In this document: positions 14,901 through 17,462 of the stretch, in pieces
How the letters are laid out: the number at the start of each line of letters is the position of its first letter
Position numbering within the stretch: position 1 is the first letter of the stretch
Assembly: GCA_964416085.1 (NCBI GenBank)
Contig: CAYQCO010000001.1
Span: 3,424 to 67,423, forward strand
Length of the DNA stretch: 64,000 nt
Direction of reading: 5' to 3'
Origin: an uncultured Lachnospiraceae bacterium
GTDB taxonomy: Bacteria > Bacillota > Clostridia > Christensenellales > UBA1242
Made by a program: the position numbers and the translations under genes
Notes under the pieces: model-generated
Databases searched by the model: none
Seen by the model: the letters and a program-made list of their open reading frames with translations, nothing else
What the model was told of the DNA's origin: nothing

Positions 14901-16276
14901 TTCTTGTCATTGCTAGTATACGCTTTCATCACAATTTTGGTTGTGTCATTAGTTTTGGTACCCGAATTTATAGTCAGTTGCAAACCACTTTTGTTTTCAT
15001 AATTGTTGTAAATATTCATTGAAAGACTATCTTTGTCAACATACGCTTCTTCATTTATACGAATAAACCTTGGCAATTCTTGTCTTTTCACTTCAAAACT
15101 ATATCTCAACACGCTTGTGTCAATATTATAGTCCTTTGTTCCAGTAAATTTGTAATTTTTAAATCCAACCACAAACTCAACAATGTTGCTGTCTGTCTTC
15201 ATATATGTTTCAGCAGAGACAACCCATTGTTGTTGAGTTGCTTTTGATTCAGTCTTGCTAATCACAAGCCCATTGTAAGCACTAACACTCTCTGTCACAT
15301 CTTTGCCGTCAACAAAAACTCTTGTTTCAATCTCTTCGCTGTCAAAATTGTATATTGAATTGCTGTTGAACAATCCTGACAAAATAATGTTGGAACTGTT
15401 ATATGTTGCCAAATTTGGATATAACTCCATTTGTGTTATTTTGTTTTGCTTGTCATTTTCTGACGAGCCTGTCATATTAGATTTATAATTAGCCAAAAAA
15501 CTTGACTGGTCAATATTGTCAACAACCTTTATAGTTACATTGCACGAAATATCCTCAAAATAAACTGATGTGGCCGTCAAATTGATAGTATCGCCCGAAA
15601 ATTCTCTTGACACAGTCAATCTGTTGACATTATTGTCCGTTTCAAGAGTTACACCGTCAACTTCATCAATAGAATACACAACACCAAGTTGATTGGTTGT
15701 CATTTCGTTTTTGCCAGAATAAACTATCAAGTCGGTCAACTTGTTGAGTTCCAATGTTCCACCTTTTACAACCGCAGGAGTGTATGTATCATTTTGTGCA
15801 ATCCCCCCCAATTCAGCATAAAGGTTTATTGGGAAAGTTATCGCCTTTTTGTCACTCTTGATACTTGGTGTAAAAGACAAATTAGCACTACCAGTTGTCC
15901 AAACTTTGATTTCAAATGCTTCACCACTTGACACTGTCTTTTTTTCCAACTGCAAAGATGGTGACCCTGTGCAAGAAACAGATATGTAGTCAACGTCCTT
16001 TTTTGTTCCCTTAACATTCACCCTTATCCTTAGCGAATAATAAGGCTTTCCGCTGCCGTCTGTTTTTAAACTGTTTTCATTCAAAACAAAGTCAAGACCC
16101 TTTTCTGTATCAACCTTGGTCCACTGACTTGAACTTCCTTCATTGTCATTGTTTGACCAAAGAACATACTCGACTTCTAGATACATATTTTTGTAGTCAT
16201 CGCCGCACGCAACAAGCACCACGCTTGAAGCAATGGCCAACACCAACAAACTTAAAATTGAAAATAGTTTTTTCAT
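1..16276 (-). CDS. giant surface lipoprotein, 3' end beyond window (>5,425 codons); Ig-like repeat arrays plus six GLUG-motif modules
   Basis: Hand translation of the reverse strand from ATG 16276-16274 stays open to position 2. SD AGGGGAG is the complement of 16284-16290. The gene is absent from the ORF track because no stop lies inside the window. All six listed minus ORFs in 1-16276 end at coordinates divisible by 3, which is a different frame. N-terminus is MKKLFSILSLLVLAIASSVVLVAC|GDD. Dozens of GG[LFIV]xG..G.I.N[SC]Y motifs. Confidence 0.9.
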   Translation of the reverse strand, partial: MKKLFSILSLLVLAIASSVVLVACGDDYKNMYLEVEYVLWSNNDNEGSSSQWTKVDTEKGLDFVLNENSLKTDGSGKPYYSLRIRVNVKGTKKDVDYISVSCTGSPSLQLEKKTVSSGEAFEIKVWTTGSANLSFTPSIKSDKKAITFPINLYAELGGIAQNDTYTPAVVKGGTLELNKLTDLIVYSGKNEMTTNQLGVVYSIDEVDGVTLETDNNVNRLTVSREFSGDTINLTATSVYFEDISCNVTIKVVDNIDQSSFLANYKSNMTGSSENDKQNKITQMELYPNLATYNSSNIILSGLFNSNSIYNFDSEEIETRVFVDGKDVTESVSAYNGLVISKTESKATQQQWVVSAETYMKTDSNIVEFVVGFKNYKFTGTKDYNIDTSVLRYSFEVKRQELPRFIRINEEAYVDKDSLSMNIYNNYENKSGLQLTINSGTKTNDTTKIVMKAYTSNDKKYDESKTALNVYSHNGQQLGSAGAGVVLNNVSNTIYLKYGSGTCPEIAYIDFEVLATPAYFEGQETKESDRKYITVTLTLNTIGKIDTVSSSSNADATINNLFDDKNLTQTIQADKSVEMYVRLSNSQGTTVTYSGTKISSNNDDILLSSDNINFKKEVDCGTLVNKKLYIKGATGKSGQLTITTPLGLQVVSRKISFVSVTTDELPRFAIKTNDSNVVSLGSVSDYDDAGNQANFYAMQFNSSADFVVAYGDSANKFVGISKLSVVSLSTKAGISQYGADVFKTTMLNSYSFNLQAISANLTSALKVTIKYNTGSNYSITENTTVLYLEIASFIPVSNIQLSVSNSEVYYVNSLITDKATSEITLSFNSNASTYLSFSDKDIENSVNSSLNSKIKSLYYVSVSNENTGAQMGIESLYLYNGTYLDMESKTYGFRLTKSLDNINAINVVFTLRYYGLGISKTVTATIRVVDFKNSTGIELRGLNKNNNINLSLQSDARRSGEFSAYVSNTDATYKLLDYQLYELDQDNADGDYLGDRIISDSVLRVEYSSQQFKLKATGETGGKFVLRVVAVDSYSDTQKDYTIFEYVVVNISDGELGNPFYLYDSDDVKNITNAMSKHYVLANNIDLSGLEESIKGEFTGSINGIMTSYDASNGVTVMYTQSLFKNLNINNTDLLSLFEKNSGTLQNLVMSNVKFNININIGAGNDDINIGALVGENAGTIINCSAIINVEGTINIAATNSTTSAKAYNVGALIGKNTGNVYYFDQQHSDLKQYSNYRQMAEFNQKLTVTLNSVGSTTAINVGGAIGDNTGIVVGNYSDFNQDETEYLTSYTDIDFVAISTITTTYQANIGGFAGSNNGTVKNVAIKGSITGAGNNLNLGGIVGNNTSKTTIDENGNENGGIINSATFSCEIIGRPYNDGNIDQTEINNQNVGGAVGLNSGDITTVYVLFVQNSRNSNKFGLVKGVDCVGGLVGQMADGTITVGNVQGFVDNACVVGNFASNKADAKKSVAGLVGYAAGGEIRSSYAKVNISTDSGSVSTLANGSVEIKNSFFVGSIADVDNLANLTINSNDSTYSLAKGYKLGDKTYGKLFYNGEVKAYYYYDEAQEKELWTTSEPTIADGEVNLVDPTEIADFAIPNWTESNGWTDEYKKYNSGLPVIVYKSEPTLLALATDLIANVADDYFKTGTETTENETKVYTHNNGIFFTNGTTSTAIVFLNYKTFNLVKKNADGLVDISVLPNIASKSYYVEVVSGGDLISLVGNFITFKKAGRVELEFVSTFNPNALDRVVIFAVEPIDSFEVVGGNNISMTSNSSKILSLVAKYGDITSQLLNNYLYVGYSNEDSSITVTPLGNETTIGETTYYAMDDIQLEVTDFEGNGKNSEITIDCYLDLSKFVYTLAGEGVDQKTLQDLFNYKYKIASQTLSVTLYQKASSIVSSLTDTKVATSQSVDIEVEVITGYVDKNDTEAIASYAIDGQYLTTTLENKENLQIKLSTDQDLSSYNLSSVWDMFNVSIIYQLNSSKTGYVFNINIELKDKYKDIVDEKTFVFEFAPKTNTILHKDIRVSFEPQSITTLRIENFKSGVATLTGTNNVEVEYTSSETQSSIIVPGKSGLAKIYVEPTFARVDELVISSSSVTINGQTYTIYFQQMLYDQKKECYVSYQGYTSGSNSLRLVKNTYIDENGTMHYTGVVYVRTILENAVALDETFTLTVVATEYKRDENGAMTNEIKTQKTATKMLVTQFNPGVYVSSNGTPKKVGADDVYLIEKSSNSYEVSARIVGYKTNQNPELKLEWKNTNETDISKYVSYSQSVIQQQSNGDYLVTWRLTTKDLTAPIVASVSISVVNEDMLTDTLTKEITLYTVDYIPTEVLLSGTANDVFRVGINSSKSLDIVWKNKDGELDSEQINTSLANYISYFYRTTYNSFGQQTYESWESDTYKNSEGTSDSYKLETKDNKLYVTGLGEDYVTIVFGVKYGFEYSDADDKFEIKFVTLNSETTGTILQYTFKLDLRVETTEEEPEPIYTATDLAQMTEGGNYILMNDLTLEDWVPLTAQIASLDGNSKRIFIKSFSVATASEISAGLFASLGENCIIKNLTIDLRDFAGNVDDNGNYIVNLADDNAQTSTTHFGFIAGQNAGLIYNSELINTSQNEKKINIKTKSNYSYIGGLVGQNTGNITNSRVGTPYYLALSVDSNGNVTKTGTNQTKEISLNSNGIMGGLAATNSGIISSSYFQNANLVNLSTEMSDDTNKTAGFVAVNTGKIYNSYTKSRGRTSSQVRGQETKISSKGTAAGFVFENNGIIENSYSNIFVTSSASAVAGFVYRNNSGASINRCYSASAVLSTMSKTGGATATSLAFVGVGLEGTELNKLLSFGELNNCYYLEIDGDNFDYSYESTGMDVPIPLDDTNFADSENLNNFAFVNGNYERATQGVWTYYANLDSNDTTSSLGKTFLPELTSANQISRSIRYLVSKDNDKNQFAYGKGYALGTANNPYIIRNYIEYNNIFSIKTSADANVISGSIRLINDIDFAKDDGTTETVNTTQGYDLGDLKNNTITVFDGNGMTISSVDIKNYETAELKTLGLFGNIYNTIVKSLNVNYVAMDYTSTKAMYSGGLAGTINNSSIVDVTIKGNSTTITAQNFAGGIAGYVTGDSILYNVSADVNVTAVKKAQSTSNQYLSETRFKKITTLGNNYEEYLKTLSYAGGIAGVIDVNEYKNFTNINQLVVGENGNVQVTADIAGFVAGYLGPQVTAKRLKSFVGADSYVFGAYIAGGLIGENYANISFSQVSAATSEQESIDSAFASYILADKTTPTSTPIPSNSNFGNLSFVRSTTDANNTNNMAGGFIGVNYNGTIQNSYSKTSISANASYIGGFVGTTLGGGYETCYSQTYFDIQDKDKQQYIGGMIGYNKVSGDDMLLKYIIDSNKICKVDNFVAISFYDKSQLEVEYNATSQKTIDYMVGHSEKGIASTKNDNAKSIYTYYLSYGNLSSESYFNKVIKIQTDDKYLSTESRDISALFDLTHEKQLETFENLFMNFDDDIWEKDNKKFTPTLRDNPDLNFYQIKSESDLELIRQHPNGNFEVMGNISLSKDYEDYVLNIEFTGTMRGKLDSQGNLPKISNIKIKSTSDTTRPGAGFFKATTGANISNIDFEYQSMNLTHNKTYVGLLSSDEKGSEVTGVNISCGKSSAISGKSVQQFGGLFGDSDATICTSCSVDLSGCNFSVEGSVTNDKSAFGGLTGYAKGESTANVNSMFMNCTFTRNLESIDITNFEYVGGLAGYAENSNINTSTAKLLIAGESNSNKYVGGAVGYQHNAYLSTLDIYANINSSNPDAHIGGISGYVKNDSKEKSADISNSSARLILTHTGVVNAYVGGIAGETLSTAKIENVVSYISGSMSTNFAYFGGLIGQVGSGANLLVVNNAYAYAEGEKSNTGFNVTAENIMAGGLIGYINSNNCVISIDMAVANGGVWASKDAQKTGKLHLGGLIGAWGTSKLQETITFENGDTLTSHISNVYTTFALEYSQYKLNNGNTLNSTFATDFAVSGIVGKVSMSSDKLNESEKLSVSNVIYSSDYVLAVEEKDVFSGTINNVVADVLLRDATQDEYFDNSWTKATGHLPYIASLSDLMKKVDVLDKFEKDAGTQMAPKSITTDQTINTESYTYYLIEGKNTKSSYVDSTQQTTSCNEINLTGELNGFILGNGKTIATSEAGIIVGKSSVVSNLNIQLNNNKFTDSTGSGVVATTNNGTIFNCQVDFYFALDKDNSSNASGGGIAGVNEGNILYCYSTGSIENAGTINFSGIAKDNSGFIYSSGAVGILTGGSSSDSAGLVSNNSGTVYNCFSAVSVSTSKQDNTPISLFKENTGYVANCYYDMYVNNEDVTLKDSDNKILAKALSTKELQTGYSSKLLGNWTNYPMCSITKDETDENNETPSYTQTKLNYFNYGYPIYVIEQTWYDSNSDNKLRLDSKKGIWTGDGTEANPYLIVNAGTLESINMFTDTSDIHFRLICDIAFDSQKGVGIMKNWVGIGQGSNSGDYFQNGLTGNFAGYFAGGDRFKADWIKSSLSSTEDTDGKVPMRQIKNLNGNSLFNTILGANIQGIEFVTDDEKAKVATGGILVSSIEGAAAISNINFEGTFNLTNSGANGLVAGRLKSKATLANIAMKEVVCLTQDSFGGLIGEVEGNLIAQNITMEKGQYAFKGDSNKLSNVPANVGGLIGKLTSGSVSVTSSKLTNVQIVGQSNVGGLVGVMTSGNLTITSTGITAEFGTTSAGAMGGLVGTMENGNITINESTSTATLSNESAQSSGFEFEFGIELAGGDRVATYTGGVVGHMVQGYINGNGESVTVSQIRANKSSGYAGGVIGYMEAGTVVGVSATVGDDDTDVDYASGFGGVVGYIKSGNIGCTTDSADNAQTDVVAMEISTSGSITLDASKQVGGIAGVADGGTFGNIVLSIPTLASGGQSSSENDGLGGLIGVVNGAITLGNLTVETMKIVSDGKLSNVGGLFGVLKTNSINELADAEMSISGLTVIGTNNVGGFAGQYINDSYLVLGTQLSKLLGEEETENDKAKATGESGANAFASVVGPRNKTTSQDAMNFGGLFGYYCSGTLGYAKIDKTTTDNTANDENKEQQKIYPFVNRNSVLAEKSDSEWKGVEIKNVGGIAGLTQSINILGKNEGSVGSLDISNPASAKNEEIGKTKTIYLQNVGGIVGTFEAGATSSVTFKEVSNTGTVKGYEGVGGLMGLFSYDKSVHEFEGENEIGGTITGVNNVGGYFGYLAAELKMETKEKTSESSETDEEISISVNATVEGRINVGGYIGQVENKNVIISNVKTNIGQLTGVVNVGGYIGLVNETKAEIYVTKPKPEEDSATQEDIPTTQAIGGGTTNENDGASSSGGSGDSGNETGNESSTTTNTTIKIAGNTNVGGIVGNAFVGESDHKVLIQYVDNVKIDIEATDYNYGTKNQEDIFYM
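3038..4033 (-). repeat. GLUG module 5 of giant gene (shorter, atypical entry)
   Basis: Contains NLTGELNGFILGNGKTI..., ASGGGIAGVNEGNILYCYS, SAGLVSNNSGTVYNCFS. Exit is LLGNWTNYPM...NYGYPIYVIEQTWYD. Confidence 0.5.
4034..5728 (-). repeat. GLUG module 4 of giant gene
   Basis: Entry is LNFYQIKSESDLELIRQHPNGNFEVMGNISL. Motifs include QFGGLFGDSDATI, AFGGLTGYAKGES, YVGGLAGYAENSNI, YVGGAVGYQHNAYL, HIGGISGYVKND, YVGGIAGETLS, YFGGLIGQVGSG, MAGGLIGYINSNNC, HLGGLIGAWG. Exit is DEYFDNSWTKATGHLPYIASL. Confidence 0.6.
5729..7440 (-). repeat. GLUG module 3 of giant gene
   Basis: Entry is GTANNPYIIRNYIEYNNIF...IRLINDIDF...FDGNGMTISSVDI. Motifs include YSGGLAGTINNSSI, FAGGIAGYVTGDS, YAGGIAGVID, IAGFVAGYLG, YIAGGLIGENYANISFS, MAGGFIGVNYNGTIQNSYS, YIGGFVGTTLGGGYETCYS, YIGGMIGYN. 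Exit is FDDDIWEKDNKKFTPTLRDNP. Confidence 0.6.
7520..8840 (-). repeat. GLUG module 2 of giant gene
   Basis: Entry is EPIYTATDLAQMTEGGNYILMNDLTLEDWVPL..LDGNSKRIFIKSF. Motifs include YIGGLVGQNTGNITNS, IMGGLAATNSGIISSSY, TAGFVAVNTGKIYNSY, AAGFVFENNGIIENSYS, VAGFVYRNNSGASINRCYS. Exit is GVWTYYANLD...FLPELTS. Confidence 0.6.
8841..11410 (-). repeat. second Ig-like repeat array within giant gene
   Basis: Translation between modules 1 and 2 lacks GG motifs and reads as beta-rich repeats. Examples: ...RVELEFVSTFNPNALDRVVIFAVEPIDSFEVVGG..., ...TLRIENFKSGVATLTGTNNVEVEYTSSETQSSIIVPGKSGLAKIYVEP... Boundaries are approximate. Confidence 0.4.
11411..13125 (-). repeat. GLUG module 1 of giant gene
   Basis: Entry is GELGNPFYLYDSDDVKNITNAMSKHYVLANNIDLSG. 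Motif run includes NIGALVGENAGTIINCS, NVGALIGKNTGNV, NVGGAIGDNTGIV, NIGGFAGSNNGTVKNV, NLGGIVGNNT, NVGGAVGLNSGDI, CVGGLVGQMADGT, VAGLVGYAAGGEIRSSY. Exit is ELWTTSEP...NWTESNGWTDEYKKYNSGLPVIVYK. Confidence 0.6.
13125..16204 (-). repeat. N-terminal array of roughly 90-100 aa beta-rich (Ig-like) repeats within the giant gene
   Basis: Hand translation shows successive segments with alternating hydrophobic/polar strand patterns. Examples: ...ITVTLTLNTIGKIDTV..., ...QLTITTPLGLQVVSRKISFVSV..., ...KFVLRVVAVDSYSDTQKDYTIFEYVVVNISDG. Boundaries are approximate. Confidence 0.4.
16205..16276 (-). other. lipoprotein signal peptide with lipobox LVAC (Cys24)
   Basis: MKK- positive N-region, hydrophobic core LFSILSLLVLAIASSVV, then L-V-A-C followed by GDD. 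Confidence 0.75.
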
Positions 16277-16330
16277 AAAAACTCTCCCCTTTCTTCTTGT
16301 GTCTAATATTTAAAATATTATTTCTTATAT

Positions 16331-16360
16331 ATTATAAAATATACAAATAAGATAAGTCAA
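16331..16360 (-). promoter_or_regulatory. sigma-A-type promoter of the giant gene (TTGACT-18-TATAAT)
   Basis: The -35 is the complement of 16355-16360 (agtcaa). The -10 is the complement of 16331-16336 (attata). It lies about 55 nt upstream of ATG 16276. Confidence 0.5.
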
Positions 16361-16561
16361 AGAAAAAAACAATTTTTGACAAAATTCCGCAAAAAATATT
16401 TAAAAATAATTTTTAAATAATTAATTAAAAATAATTTAAATTAAAATATTTTCAAAAAATAAAAATAATTAGAAAAAATAAAAAAATACGCAAATATAGT
16501 GTATTTTTGCATATTTTTGTTGATTTTTGATTAATTTTTATTTATTTTAAATTTTTTTAAT

Positions 16562-17350
16562 TTATTTTTTAGTTAATTTATAAACTGAATTTAATTTATT
16601 TTGATAATTAATTCCTATTTTTATATTTTTGTCTACAATTATTCCACGGCTTTCGAGATAATTTTTTATTGTATTATATGCAAGATATGGAGTGTTGGAA
16701 TTTTCGCTTATGTGCGACAAGACAACAAGTTTTGTCCCCGTCTTTGACAACCACTCAATTATTTTGGCTGAATCCAAATTTGACAAGTGTCCGCGGTTGG
16801 ACAAAATTCTCTTCTTCAAAAACATTGGATATGAGCAAGCAAAGAGCATATCTGGGTCATAGTTTGCTTCCAAAAAAACAAGGCTAGATGATTCAATAAC
16901 TTTTGTGGCATAATCTGGCAAATATCCTGTGTCCGTCACAAAACTTGCACTGCCAGTTTCGTCCGTCATTCTATACCCAAAACAAGACGTTGAATCGTGC
17001 GACAATTCAAAAGGAAAAATCTTTATGTCACCTATTTCAAAATTTGAGTCAAAAGCATTTATTCTTGCAATACAACTTGGCATTTGATTGCACAAAACAT
17101 TGTATAGTGATTTGTGGCAAAAAATTGGAGTGTCAAATTTTTTTGAAAATGCTTCAACACCCTTTATGTGGTCGCTATGTTCGTGAGTGATTATTATTGC
17201 ATCAACGTTTGACGGATTTACTTCCAGTTTTGAAAAACAATCCAAAACGTGTTTTGTCGTAACACCCACATCAAGCAAAATCTTTGCTCCGTCTGACTCA
17301 ATATACGCACAATTACCTTTGCTTCCGCTTGAAAAACTACATACTTTCAT
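16562..17350 (-). CDS. MBL-fold metallo-hydrolase (YycJ/WalJ-like)
   Basis: HxHxDH motif in IIITHEHSDHIKG. Start trimmed to ATG 17350 (MKVCSFSSGSKGNCAYIESDG...), the typical N-terminus of this family. Confidence 0.8.
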   Translation of the reverse strand: MKVCSFSSGSKGNCAYIESDGAKILLDVGVTTKHVLDCFSKLEVNPSNVDAIIITHEHSDHIKGVEAFSKKFDTPIFCHKSLYNVLCNQMPSCIARINAFDSNFEIGDIKIFPFELSHDSTSCFGYRMTDETGSASFVTDTGYLPDYATKVIESSSLVFLEANYDPDMLFACSYPMFLKKRILSNRGHLSNLDSAKIIEWLSKTGTKLVVLSHISENSNTPYLAYNTIKNYLESRGIIVDKNIKIGINYQNKLNSVYKLTKK

Positions 17351-17357
17351 AAAGCAA

Positions 17358-17386
17358 AGTTTAGCAAAAAAAATTGGAATTGTAAA
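17358..17386 (-). promoter_or_regulatory. promoter abutting the MBL start (TTTACA-17-TAAACT, then 7 nt, then ATG); leaderless configuration
   Basis: The -35 is the complement of 17381-17386 and the -10 is the complement of 17358-17363. No SD between the -10 and ATG 17350. Confidence 0.45.
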
Positions 17387-17426
17387 GCATATTTCCCAAA
17401 ACAAATGTTTGAAACATCAATTTTAG

Positions 17427-17455
17427 TTGCCAAATATTTATTTTTAATTTATAAT
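17427..17455 (+). promoter_or_regulatory. promoter abutting recD2 start (TTGCCA-17-TATAAT, then 7 nt, then ATG); leaderless configuration
   Basis: TTGCCA at 17427-17432, TATAAT at 17450-17455, ATG at 17463. No SD. Confidence 0.5.
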
Positions 17456-17462
17456 ACATATT

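Noticed and set aside
15803-15809. A G7 (C7 on plus) homopolymer early in the giant gene, considered as a slipped-strand phase-variation switch.
   Set aside because: Seven nt is short for efficient slippage. An identical G7 encoding Gly-Gly also occurs in the flippase-like gene (43436-43442), so it is probably just GGG-GGG codon usage. It is worth checking only if read-level length heterogeneity is available.
57-15931. Dozens of short plus-strand ORFs (60-135 aa) listed in the track across the first 16 kb. Many carry recurring xPPT/KPP/NPP strings, for example PTIPPTL, AKPPTLF, NNPPTFD, TKPPIAP, TNPPTLL, IKPPTLA.
   Set aside because: They are antisense shadows of the giant minus-strand gene. 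The PP(T) strings are the reverse-complement reading of its recurring GG codons (N-V-GG-x). None has an SD or a coherent domain pattern.
1-16276. The idea that the ORF-poor 16 kb reflects a reassigned stop codon, a pseudogene graveyard or non-coding DNA.
   Set aside because: The frame is open under the standard code. Trp is encoded by TGG, and neighbouring genes terminate normally at TAA, TAG and TGA. The apparent absence of an ORF is an artefact of the ORF caller requiring an in-window stop.
16380-16561. A CRISPR array or replication origin in the AT-rich spacers (also 19686-20028, 40767-40898 and 57752-58113).
   Set aside because: There is no regular repeat-spacer periodicity and no cas genes. 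No DnaA-box clusters are present. The only perfect TTATCCACA seen (34818-34826) is a lone hit inside addB.
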